Origin: a virus
Virus record (IMG/VR): IMGVR_UViG_3300017769_000001
Span: 84,740-148,739 of that record
DNA length: 64,000 bases
Strand: one strand, 5' to 3'
Notes under the pieces: generated by a model
Told to the model about the DNA's origin: nothing
Seen by the model: only the letters and a program-made list of their open reading frames with translations
Database searches by the model: none
Shown here: piece by piece, positions 1 through 8,375 of the stretch
Position numbering within the stretch: the stretch's first letter is position 1
Layout of the letters: each line of letters begins with the position of its first letter
Program-made: the position numbers and the translations under genes

Positions 1-81
1 TCTGAGTACGGTGTGGAGCATTATTGAGTTGTATGCAGTCAAGAATGCCATTTGCTGCATTTCTGTTAACTTGTTTGTCAT
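1..81 (-). CDS. partial hypothetical protein (5' end; runs off window)
   Basis: ATG at 81 preceded by GGAGAG; open frame MTNKLTEMQQMAF... to the window edge. Confidence 0.5.
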   Translation of the reverse strand, partial: MTNKLTEMQQMAFLTAYNSIMLHTVLR

Positions 82-132
82 TGCTCTCCCCAAGATTCAT
101 GACGTATCCGTGCATTATGGCACGTAAAGGAG

Positions 133-161
133 AAAAAGAAAACCCTGCCGAAGCAGGGTTT
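133..161 (-). terminator. intrinsic terminator with UUCG tetraloop
   Basis: On the minus strand AAACCCTGC-TTCG-GCAGGGTTT followed by a T-rich run, just after ORF 169-585. Confidence 0.8.
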
Positions 162-168
162 GTGTGGG

Positions 169-585
169 TCAGTCTTTTTTCTTCGGTGGTCGACCGGGGC
201 CGCGACGTTTTGGAGCGTCTTCAGAAGATTTGGCTTCAGATTTCTCCGAATCCTCAGAACTTTCAGGCCCACGAAGAATCGGATCTTCTTCCTTTTCTTT
301 CTTTTCAACCGGTTTGTTGTGAACTTGAATCAGATTCTTGTACACAACCAGTGCGTTTCGACCGTTATCCAGCTGGAAGTCCCGCATGGCGGTCAGAAGG
401 TCAACTTCACTTCGGCTGTGCAGGTCTCTCAGCCGATTGTAGTCAACACGAGCAATGCCGTTCAGAGGAATGTGAACAGTTGCAGACTCGTTGTCACTCA
501 AAACGATAACGCGCTTTTTGCGACGACCGGTTACGGTTTCTACGATGATATCCGTCAGAAACGGATTGGGGTTTTTACTAGCCAT
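169..585 (-). CDS. late hypothetical protein with acidic linker and AT-hook-like basic tail
   Basis: AAGGAG RBS, TAAATA box at 618-623, C-terminus PKRRGPGRPPKKKD. Confidence 0.7.
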   Translation of the reverse strand: MASKNPNPFLTDIIVETVTGRRKKRVIVLSDNESATVHIPLNGIARVDYNRLRDLHSRSEVDLLTAMRDFQLDNGRNALVVYKNLIQVHNKPVEKKEKEEDPILRGPESSEDSEKSEAKSSEDAPKRRGPGRPPKKKD

Positions 586-620
586 ATGTGCTCCTTTGAT
601 TTGTTGGCTTGAATCTCTAT

Positions 621-1499
621 TTAGTTCAGAAATTTAGCATTAAACAGCTTTGTGTACTTTCCGCTCATACAACCTTCAATCATCTTCATCAGATTATGGT
701 CTCTGGCGTACTTCATTACAGCTCCCTGATTGTACTTACCCGGAATGTAAGAGGAAATCGAATTTGAGATCGCATCGCGTACATACTGAGGTTGTTTCGA
801 CAGATCGATCAGTAACCGATTCTCAGCGTACCGATCCCCAACCTTGGTTCCATCCTTGTTGATGGTCTCCATCAGGTTCAGCCAAGATAGAGAATCACCA
901 TAGAATGCTTCCTCCAGCTTGGTCTTCCACACTTTCGGGTATGCGGAATAGATGTTGTCAGAAGGATCACCGCGAATGCATTTCAGGAATAACTCAAACT
1001 CTGCATCGTCACAGGTTCTTTCTACGTTCTGCTGTGGAGAGAACAAAGTAACGCCGTCGAATCTGAGAAGCTGAACAAAGTCTTTGTCTGAAGAAATGAT
1101 GACGACTTCTGTGTCAGGGTCTTTCTCTTGACAGACCATAGCAATGACGTCATCTGCTTCGGCGTGTTTTACCGACATCGCATAAATTGACGTATGGGTT
1201 TCAAGAAACTCTCGCAACATGACAATCGCTTCTTGAACATCCTCATAGTAGATGTCATCAATTTCCTTGTTCTTGTAGTCAGAGTAAACCTTCTTCCGCC
1301 AGTTTCCCTTCCCTTCGAACGCACACATAACCCCAGTACACTGATACTTCTTGAACATCGCATTCATTTCATCAATGAATCTGATGAACAGAATCTGAGG
1401 AACATATGCCTCTTTCTTCCGCTTGTTCAGTTTCAGGATATGTCGGGTTTTCCAGAGGACGTTATTGACGTCCATAACCAGATTACGCTTCGTCGTCAT
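621..1499 (-). CDS. rnh: RNase H / 5'-3' exonuclease (T4 rnh, FEN-like)
   Basis: LVMDVNN, WRKKVYSDYK, EADDVIA, IISSDKDFVQL and GDPSDNI motifs; start reassigned to the ATG at 1499. Confidence 0.9.
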   Translation of the reverse strand: MTTKRNLVMDVNNVLWKTRHILKLNKRKKEAYVPQILFIRFIDEMNAMFKKYQCTGVMCAFEGKGNWRKKVYSDYKNKEIDDIYYEDVQEAIVMLREFLETHTSIYAMSVKHAEADDVIAMVCQEKDPDTEVVIISSDKDFVQLLRFDGVTLFSPQQNVERTCDDAEFELFLKCIRGDPSDNIYSAYPKVWKTKLEEAFYGDSLSWLNLMETINKDGTKVGDRYAENRLLIDLSKQPQYVRDAISNSISSYIPGKYNQGAVMKYARDHNLMKMIEGCMSGKYTKLFNAKFLN

Positions 1500-1944
1500 C
1501 GCCAGAGCCCTCCATAGCAACACCATCACGTAATGCTTCTTCGAACGTGAATACGAGTTGCTCCATCCCTTCATTAGCAACAAGCAGTGCCGCGAGGTTG
1601 ATTGCAAACTCGTTGTCGCGCTTGTTAAATGGAAGGTAACCGTGCTCTACCAGCTTATTGACCGTCGAAGACTTCACTTTCGTAACTGGCGTGATGCTGG
1701 ACAGATCGTCGGAGATCTTCAGAGTGATAGATGTCGACTCTTGGTCTTTCAAGAGATTAGACTCCAGCTCTTCGGATTTTTTAATTGCGGAGAGCATATC
1801 AGATCTGATAGATTCAACCGCTTCCATGAGTTCTTCGATCTTCTCGTTAGCTTCTACGTTTTTCTCAAGAAGTTCGGTGCACTCTTGGTCGAGTAATTCA
1901 TATTTCCTATGAAGTTCCTCATATGTCCGTTTACGTACGAACAT
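1483..1944 (-). CDS. hypothetical coiled-coil protein
   Basis: GGAGG RBS before the ATG at 1944; heptad-rich N-terminal half; overlaps the rnh start. Confidence 0.7.
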   Translation of the reverse strand: MFVRKRTYEELHRKYELLDQECTELLEKNVEANEKIEELMEAVESIRSDMLSAIKKSEELESNLLKDQESTSITLKISDDLSSITPVTKVKSSTVNKLVEHGYLPFNKRDNEFAINLAALLVANEGMEQLVFTFEEALRDGVAMEGSGDDDEA

Positions 1945-2008
1945 AACAATGCCTCCAATGTTATGAAGGTATTTAATCACTTATCATGGCGGCTGTCAAT
2001 CAGGCAAT

Positions 2009-2035
2009 AAAAAACCCCGCCGAAGCGAGGTTTTT
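2009..2035 (-). terminator. intrinsic terminator after the major capsid gene
   Basis: GC stem with TTCG loop (minus strand) and flanking A/T runs. Confidence 0.8.
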
Positions 2036-2052
2036 CATCAGTTCCGTATCCG

Positions 2053-3282
2053 TTACGGAGTAACTGCGTTGCTGAAGCCAAGCTCCAGATTTGCGATTGT
2101 AGCACGAGCCAGATGGTCGGCAGAATCGGCAAGATCGGTAGCCGGATCTTCGAAAGCAGTCAGGGCGTAGCGAGTACGCAGACCCATACCCTTGTCCAGA
2201 GTCTCTGGGTTCACAACGATACCAGAGCTTGACAGTGGGATGTAGCTGCTGTAGATCAGCGGTGCGTCAACTTCAGAGCCTTTACGACCCATGATCACCT
2301 GATCACCTTCCATGTGCACGTCAACGTAAACGCTGATATTGCCATCGAAAGTACCTACGTACAGGGTTTCAGAAGCGCGGAACGCGTTTGCTTCAGCCGG
2401 TACGAAAGTGCTGTTAGAAGCGTTTTTCAGACCAGTCAGAACGCGAGGGGAAACAACCATCCAAGTTGCACCTGAACGCTTAGTCGCCAGAGCGATGTCA
2501 GAAGACATGTCGCTGAACGCGATAGTCATTGCAGACAGTTTCTCACCAGCGTAACGACCGTCGACGTTAGCGAAGTCCAGAGTACGGACAGAACCAGCCA
2601 GACGAGACAGTTCACCGATCAGTTCGCGATCCAGTTCACGACGGATTTCGTCGGACAGAGTTGCGATCAGTTCGTTTTCCATGCTCAGACCGTCAAGGTT
2701 TTGCAGGTCATCGTCAGATTCCAGAGACCAGCGAGCAGACAGCTTGCGGCTCTTGGTTTCGACTTGCTTCATGGTCACGTCGAGGCTCATCGGCTTACCA
2801 CGGTTGCCTTCCAGATATTGAGTCTGAGCAAACGGATCCATGGCGTCGGTTGCGTTATAATCGGCTTCGCCGTTCTGAAGCAGTGAGTACTTCTCGTACA
2901 GGTTCTGCGCAGATGCTTCGTCGCCAGCTGTTACACTTCCGTTAGTCAGTGCGTCTTCGCTGTAACGCTTACGCAGGGTACGAATTACACCGCGAGGGCC
3001 GGGGATGGTTTGAACACCAACCAGATCCATAGCCAGCAGGTTCGGCATAGTACGACGAATCAGCGGCATGAAGATTTGGTCATAGCGAGTGATGTCGCCG
3101 GTTACTGTTGATCCAGTAGCAGTAGATTCGAAAATCTTTTCCTGCTCCTGCTTACCACTTCCGCTGATGTTAACAGCGTGGGTGTTGTCCATGAACTTTT
3201 CGATCAGCTCACGACGAGATCCTTTCAGACCGTCGAGAAGGCTCTCTTTCAGTTCACTGTATTGCATGTTTTCGGTAGTCAT
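2053..3282 (-). CDS. gp23: major capsid protein (gp23-like)
   Basis: LIRRTMPNLLAMDLVGVQ, VETKSRKLSARWSLE, LSDEIRRELDRE, YIPL and GLRTRYAL motifs; follows scaffold and protease genes; TAAATA at 3310-3315. Confidence 0.92.
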   Translation of the reverse strand: MTTENMQYSELKESLLDGLKGSRRELIEKFMDNTHAVNISGSGKQEQEKIFESTATGSTVTGDITRYDQIFMPLIRRTMPNLLAMDLVGVQTIPGPRGVIRTLRKRYSEDALTNGSVTAGDEASAQNLYEKYSLLQNGEADYNATDAMDPFAQTQYLEGNRGKPMSLDVTMKQVETKSRKLSARWSLESDDDLQNLDGLSMENELIATLSDEIRRELDRELIGELSRLAGSVRTLDFANVDGRYAGEKLSAMTIAFSDMSSDIALATKRSGATWMVVSPRVLTGLKNASNSTFVPAEANAFRASETLYVGTFDGNISVYVDVHMEGDQVIMGRKGSEVDAPLIYSSYIPLSSSGIVVNPETLDKGMGLRTRYALTAFEDPATDLADSADHLARATIANLELGFSNAVTP

Positions 3283-3332
3283 TTGACAAACTCCTGATTT
3301 CTTTCCTGTTATTTATGCTTGAAAAATTTTTA

Positions 3333-4175
3333 TCAATCTTCGACGCCAGCTAGACGACGAGCATGTTTCAGCCAAGCTTTGGTATTTGGCTTTGCATCGC
3401 CATCCTGATCCTGATTTTCAATAACGACGGTTCCTTTCGGAGTTTTGTCGTCGACATTTTCATTCAGGTTGTCCTTATCTTTGCCTTCGCCGTCACCTTC
3501 GTCGTCGCCGGATCCTTCGCCTTCACTCAGAACGACACTTTTAGCCAGTTCTTCGTATCGTGATTCCAGCTTATCCAGAGCAACGCCTTCCAGAAGAGTT
3601 GCCATGATTGCACGCTTACGGCCAGTCAGACCTTCCAGCAGTTCATTGGTTTTCTTCTCGACGCGAAGTGTTTGCAGCTCATTGGTTGCTTCTTCCAGCT
3701 TGGCAGTCAGTTCTTCTGACTTGTCGTCTTCAGCTTTAACAAGACTTGCATATGAAGTCTGGAAAGCTTCAAACATTCGCTGACCAACCAGATTCTTGCG
3801 AGATTCTTCCAGAGACTCTTTCAGCTCTCCGAGTTCTTCCGCAATGATGGCATCGACAGATTCTTTGATCTCTGCGTCTTTCTTCTGAGCGTACTGCTCT
3901 TTGAATTCTTCAAGCTTGGATGCGTAGCGAACATCAAGAGTGCGTGCCTCTACGATTTCGTCTTGCAGAGCTTTGAATTCTTCGGTAACTGCTTCTTCGA
4001 TCATTTCGACCGCAGATTGAGCCAGTTCTTTCTTGCTGTTTTCGAATTTCTCAGCAAGTTCGACTTCACGAGCAGCAACCTTTTCGTTTACTTGTGATTC
4101 GAAAGCTTCTTGCAGTTTGGTTTTAACCTCATCTGTAAGAACAGAGCTTTCAAGGATCTCTTTCAGTTCGTTCAT
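3333..4175 (-). CDS. gp22: prohead core scaffold protein (gp22-like)
   Basis: Long acidic coiled coil between protease and capsid genes; N-terminal VLTDEVKTKLQEAFE; TAAATA at 4213-4218. Confidence 0.85.
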   Translation of the reverse strand: MNELKEILESSVLTDEVKTKLQEAFESQVNEKVAAREVELAEKFENSKKELAQSAVEMIEEAVTEEFKALQDEIVEARTLDVRYASKLEEFKEQYAQKKDAEIKESVDAIIAEELGELKESLEESRKNLVGQRMFEAFQTSYASLVKAEDDKSEELTAKLEEATNELQTLRVEKKTNELLEGLTGRKRAIMATLLEGVALDKLESRYEELAKSVVLSEGEGSGDDEGDGEGKDKDNLNENVDDKTPKGTVVIENQDQDGDAKPNTKAWLKHARRLAGVED

Positions 4176-4231
4176 TTCATTTCTCCTGAAATCTTTAACG
4201 ATAGTTTGAATTTATTTAGGCTCTGCATCAC

Positions 4232-4849
4232 TTAGCGCAGATTCATTGCCTTGATGAATTTGCACATTTCTTCAAGAAAGTACTTCTGGGCAGCTGCGTC
4301 GTAAATTACCGCTTCCGCCAAGTCATTCACGATCTCGCCGCGCTTATAAGCTTCAAGGGATTCCATGATGCTTTCGGGATACGCGTTCTGAGCAGAAGGC
4401 ATCGCAACGGCATCAATAGTCACCAGATGAAAGTTGGAAACGCCGCCAGACTCATTCAGTTGACCCTTACCACGTGAAGAAACCCCAACACGAACACCAG
4501 AGTCGACAAGACCTTTCAGGATTGACCCGGCTTGTGTCTTCTCAAGAATTTCGGCAGTTCCGATTACTTGGTTGCCCTGCATCTTCAGCTCGGTGATTTT
4601 GTGTGAAACGTTCTTCAGGGAAACATCGAGACGGCCACTCGGGTGGTCAAGTTCGCCAAGCATGTGATTGCCTTGGGCAAACATTGCGTTATGGCGGTCG
4701 ACTTCTTTCTGCATTTCTTCCAGAAGGTAAGTTCTGCCGTTTCGGTTTTTCTTCTCGGCTTCCATGAAGACACCTTTCAGGTAGAGTTTCTTGCCATCTT
4801 GGGCAGATTCTGTGATAATGCCTTCTAAGTTTTGTTCGGTGAGAATCAT
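4232..4849 (-). CDS. gp21: prohead protease (gp21-like)
   Basis: KNRNGRTY, LGELDHP, VSHKIT, GVSSRGKG and DAVAMPSA motifs. Confidence 0.95.
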   Translation of the reverse strand: MILTEQNLEGIITESAQDGKKLYLKGVFMEAEKKNRNGRTYLLEEMQKEVDRHNAMFAQGNHMLGELDHPSGRLDVSLKNVSHKITELKMQGNQVIGTAEILEKTQAGSILKGLVDSGVRVGVSSRGKGQLNESGGVSNFHLVTIDAVAMPSAQNAYPESIMESLEAYKRGEIVNDLAEAVIYDAAAQKYFLEEMCKFIKAMNLR

Positions 4850-5049
4850 TTGACGATCTCCTTCATCTGTCCGGACTCGGTGATCTCAAACCGAACATCA
4901 GTTCCGGGTTTTTTCGCAATCGGATTGTCGGATTCACCTTCAGTGATTTCCCAATCCATAGAAGCAAGGTCTTTAACAACTCGCTTCTGTTCTTTTGTCA
5001 TCTTTAGAGAGCGGATCTCGCTTTCTACGAGTGTGATAAATGACATCAT
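4846..5049 (-). CDS. small prohead core-region protein (gp68-like position)
   Basis: Between the acidic core gene and the protease; 4-nt overlap with gp21; TAAATA at 5074-5079; start probably 5049. Confidence 0.55.
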   Translation of the reverse strand: MMSFITLVESEIRSLKMTKEQKRVVKDLASMDWEITEGESDNPIAKKPGTDVRFEITESGQMKEIVK

Positions 5050-5084
5050 GAATTCCTTCAATATCAATGACCTTATTTAGAAAT

Positions 5085-5107
5085 AAAAAAGCCCCTACTT
5101 GAGGGGC
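5085..5107 (-). terminator. intrinsic terminator
   Basis: GCCCCT-CAAGT-AGGGGC followed by TTTTTT on the minus strand. Confidence 0.75.
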
Positions 5108-5131
5108 AAGGAGATGTACACGACTATGAAA

Positions 5132-5584
5132 TTACATCTCAACGAGGTTTCCTTGCGGATCTACCGTGTAATCAGTCTCATCGCCGTTGTTCTTCTTGAC
5201 GATCATGTATTCGTATTGACGTGACTTTGCGAGCTTCTTCAGATCAGACATCCGGTTGATCGTGAATTCATCGACGCCTCTTTTAGGCCCACCAGTTCTC
5301 GTAGCGGTAACCTTGATGGCTTCTTCGAGAGCATCGCGATTTCCTTCTTCGGACTCACTGACTTCTTCTTCATTGACATTGTCTTCGTCGTCCTTGTCTT
5401 CGTCGTCCTTGTCTTCGTCGTCCTTGTCTTCGTCGTCCTTGTCTTCGTCGTCCTCGTCAGTACCATACTTTTCTTCGATGGCAGCTTTAGCAGCTTCCTG
5501 AATCTTCTGACGGATCGCTTCCCGAAGGGCCGTAACTCCGTCTTCCTTGCTCATACCTTCATCAAAAATTTTTTCAATGCTCAT
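5132..5584 (-). CDS. acidic prohead core protein (gp67-like position)
   Basis: Directly downstream of portal; very acidic with KDDED repeats; TAAATA at 5609-5614. Confidence 0.65.
   Translation of the reverse strand: MSIEKIFDEGMSKEDGVTALREAIRQKIQEAAKAAIEEKYGTDEDDEDKDDEDKDDEDKDDEDKDDEDNVNEEEVSESEEGNRDALEEAIKVTATRTGGPKRGVDEFTINRMSDLKKLAKSRQYEYMIVKKNNGDETDYTVDPQGNLVEM
5381..5454. repeat. 15-bp perfect tandem repeat, about 5 copies
   Basis: GTCTTCGTCGTCCTT four times plus a 14-bp fifth copy; encodes (KDDED)n. Confidence 0.95.
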
Positions 5585-5611
5585 AGAATTTCTCCAAGCG
5601 TTTTGTTCTAT

Positions 5612-7156
5612 TTACCACCCGCGACCAAGACCACCTTCTTCAGCTTGTGGTAGCCCATACTCAGAACCAAGCCTACCGTCGCCATAAACGATGTTGGCAA
5701 TTGCCTCTTGTGGCATTTCTGCGATCTGTTCTTCAGTCAAACCCTTCTCCATCAGAATCATGACTTCGTTGTCAACCATTTCTTCTTTCGACAGGTTTAG
5801 ATATTTGGTCAAAGCCAGTTGTTTTGAAATAGTCTTAGCCTGCATTGTGCTCTGGAACAGGTTAAGGAGACTCTGATACGTCTCAATGTTCTTGTACAGC
5901 GCAAAATTATGTGATGGGGTGATTCGAAGTTGCATTTCTTCCGGTACTTCGATATCACGTTCCTCGCAGAACCATTTGAAATGTTTCTCAAATTCACACT
6001 CAACACGACGCTTGTCTCTGTTTACAAATCCAAGATAACGCATCTCTACTTGGTAAACCTGACCAACTCGCATATCAGAATACGTATCTCTGTCGTTCCC
6101 TTCGTTCTGAGTATCAGTCATCGAAGGCGGAACGCGCATCGCTGCTGCAAGTTTCCTTGCAAGGTACGTCATATCATTGAGGTCGCCAGAACTCGGGCTT
6201 CCCTGTACACTCTCAATTCGAGAACTTCTTCCCTGTGACGTAACCGGGAGGTAGAAATCCTCTGTCATCGAATGGGGATCGAACTCAGTGTTGACATCAC
6301 CATCTTTCTTGACGATGGCTTTTTGTTTCATCTGCAAACGGTATTTGTCAATTACTTCTTTGTGCTTCTTCGGAGGAAGACGCCCAACATCAATGTAGAA
6401 TACCCTGCGATCAATACTTCTGGTGAATCGGTGGATGACCACGGCGGTTTCGAGAAGATCGAGTTTTCTCCATATTGGGTATGCACGTTCAAGCAGAGAT
6501 TCCCCAAAAGGAGTATTACCTCGTTTCACAACAACCATATCTTCAACAGAAATGTGATCTATTGAACGTTTCTGGTTGGAGTGGTTAATCGTTTCGATTT
6601 TCCGGAACGTTTCTTTGATATTGAGAAACGGGGCATTCCAATCCACGAGATAGTGAGTTACGATGTTGTCGTCGTCCGGAGAGAGAACGTACCCGACCAA
6701 TTTCTCAGGAGAAATCTTCTTCAAAGACCCATCTGGCTTCTTGACGAAAAATATACCACCATACTTTTCAAGCTCCCGAGAATAGTCGAAAAGCTTGATC
6801 TCTAGGTTGTTCCTACCGAACCACGTATCCATCAAGTAGTTCAAAGACTTGATGTGGGTTTTTCTCAGCTTGCTGTCATCCGGGAATTCCAGAATCATGA
6901 TAGGCTCGTCGTCGGCATTGCAGCTACTGATATCTTCAGCAATAATGTCCAACGCCCGAGAAACTTCGACAGACTGTCGATCCATAATGTCAAGCTTGGT
7001 TAGAATGCTTCTGCGGTCTCCTTCGAGGGATACATAGTTGTTATACCAGCTAAGACCCTCCCCCTTTGTAGATTCCGGAGCAGTGTTGTGGGTGGCATTG
7101 GCACCTAAGCGGACAGTACTCCACTGGTGTTCATAAAGCTTTTGCTCTGTTGCCAT
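5612..7156 (-). CDS. gp20: portal vertex protein (gp20-like)
   Basis: VVIHRFTRSIDRRVFYIDVGRLP, MTEDFYLP and AAMRVPPS motifs; start moved to the ATG at 7156, downstream of TAAATA 7183-7188. Confidence 0.93.
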   Translation of the reverse strand: MATEQKLYEHQWSTVRLGANATHNTAPESTKGEGLSWYNNYVSLEGDRRSILTKLDIMDRQSVEVSRALDIIAEDISSCNADDEPIMILEFPDDSKLRKTHIKSLNYLMDTWFGRNNLEIKLFDYSRELEKYGGIFFVKKPDGSLKKISPEKLVGYVLSPDDDNIVTHYLVDWNAPFLNIKETFRKIETINHSNQKRSIDHISVEDMVVVKRGNTPFGESLLERAYPIWRKLDLLETAVVIHRFTRSIDRRVFYIDVGRLPPKKHKEVIDKYRLQMKQKAIVKKDGDVNTEFDPHSMTEDFYLPVTSQGRSSRIESVQGSPSSGDLNDMTYLARKLAAAMRVPPSMTDTQNEGNDRDTYSDMRVGQVYQVEMRYLGFVNRDKRRVECEFEKHFKWFCEERDIEVPEEMQLRITPSHNFALYKNIETYQSLLNLFQSTMQAKTISKQLALTKYLNLSKEEMVDNEVMILMEKGLTEEQIAEMPQEAIANIVYGDGRLGSEYGLPQAEEGGLGRGW

Positions 7157-7200
7157 TGTTAAACCTCTTTGATTCGTGCCATTATTTAGACCACCTACAG

Positions 7201-7707
7201 TCACATGAACTTCTTATAGTGATTTGACCACCGATTTGAAGTGGTTTTTGCTTTATCTTCCCACTCCATCAAAGGAACCAACTCGGATACCCGGATCAAT
7301 GGTAGTTTGTAAAGACGGGTGGCTCCTGATACTTTTGGAACCGCTCTTTTGAGAGCGTGCCAATCTACCATGATAGGCAAACCGTCCCTTATCCGGTTCC
7401 TGTTAGACTCAAGAACATACCGGATGACGGCAATGCGATCACGGACTGGAATGTAGTGGAGATTGCAGACGAGCACACAGTTGTAAATGGATACGTGCCT
7501 TAGAGTGATCGCCAATGGATTTGGATCATGCTCAAACCCGGCATAATACAGATCTGCCATCGCCCCAATGTACAACTCCTGTACTTTGGATGCTGCGTAT
7601 GCAGGTGACGCATACATATCCGGATCTGTCCCAGCGCCAACGTTGAGAGTGTTGAATCCTCGATATGTTTGGAAGTATTCTTCGTCTGCTGGTTTTATTA
7701 GTGCCAT
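7201..7707 (-). CDS. gp2: DNA end-protector protein (gp2-like)
   Basis: DPNPL..., CNLHYIPVRDR and RLYKL...VPLMEW resemble the gp2 family; late promoter at 7732-7737. Confidence 0.65.
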   Translation of the reverse strand: MALIKPADEEYFQTYRGFNTLNVGAGTDPDMYASPAYAASKVQELYIGAMADLYYAGFEHDPNPLAITLRHVSIYNCVLVCNLHYIPVRDRIAVIRYVLESNRNRIRDGLPIMVDWHALKRAVPKVSGATRLYKLPLIRVSELVPLMEWEDKAKTTSNRWSNHYKKFM

Positions 7708-7740
7708 ACCTTAAACTCTTCAGTATGACTCTATTTAGAA

Positions 7741-7820
7741 GGGGTGCCGCCCACGGATGGTAAGTCCCGACGGCTCTTGTGATGATTGGGGTGAGGTGCG
7801 GAGAGAGCCACCACAAGCAA
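7741..7820 (-). ncRNA. candidate late small RNA (two hairpins, C/U-rich loop)
   Basis: GC-rich ~80-nt intergenic stretch between two TAAATA boxes (7824-7829 and 7732-7737); stems CTTGTGGTGG/TCATCACAAG and GCCGTC/GGCGGC. Confidence 0.4.
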
Positions 7821-7826
7821 ACTTAT

Positions 7827-8375
7827 TTACTCTTCTGGAACTTCGTCATAACCAAGCATAATAGCATTAGTTTCCCGGTCGTCGTAAAGTCCCGATATAT
7901 CGCCAGACGTCGTCAGATATGGAGCGTATCTGTTCAGATGGTAACTCAGATTTTCCAAGTCATGATCACCTTCATAATGGTGTGCTATCACAAGATCAAA
8001 TGAAGGATCGTGATCAACGGCTTCGTAGAGGTCTGCAATCATTTCGAAGTACTTCTCCATTGTCGGAGATTCATACTCGGCGATTAGACACCGCACACCG
8101 TCGACATCCTCAGAACGAAGTTTGAATCCAGAAAGGCGAACTGGCCCTTTGAATATCTTCATCACTCCTTGTGGTTCATTTTCGTACACTTCGTCAACAA
8201 CAGCAACAGGTACAGACAAATATTTGTCTTCTACAACTTCAGTAATCCCGTAATCTTCACAGAAGTTCCTGATAATCTCCTTGTCCTTCGTCTCCAAGTC
8301 CATCCCGTACACCAAGTACACTGGGAACGGGATTGCGTTCTCTTTCTCTGTATTTTTCACGAACTGTCTCCACAT
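7827..8375 (-). CDS. hypothetical protein, possible degenerate 2H-phosphoesterase (gp57B/Acb1-like)
   Basis: Residue pattern resembles T4 gp57B by eye, but both HxT/S motifs are absent. Confidence 0.4.
   Translation of the reverse strand: MWRQFVKNTEKENAIPFPVYLVYGMDLETKDKEIIRNFCEDYGITEVVEDKYLSVPVAVVDEVYENEPQGVMKIFKGPVRLSGFKLRSEDVDGVRCLIAEYESPTMEKYFEMIADLYEAVDHDPSFDLVIAHHYEGDHDLENLSYHLNRYAPYLTTSGDISGLYDDRETNAIMLGYDEVPEE

Noticed and set aside
7741-7820. tRNA interpretation of the GC-rich intergenic stretch
   Set aside because: No cloverleaf, no T-loop GTTC motif and no acceptor stem
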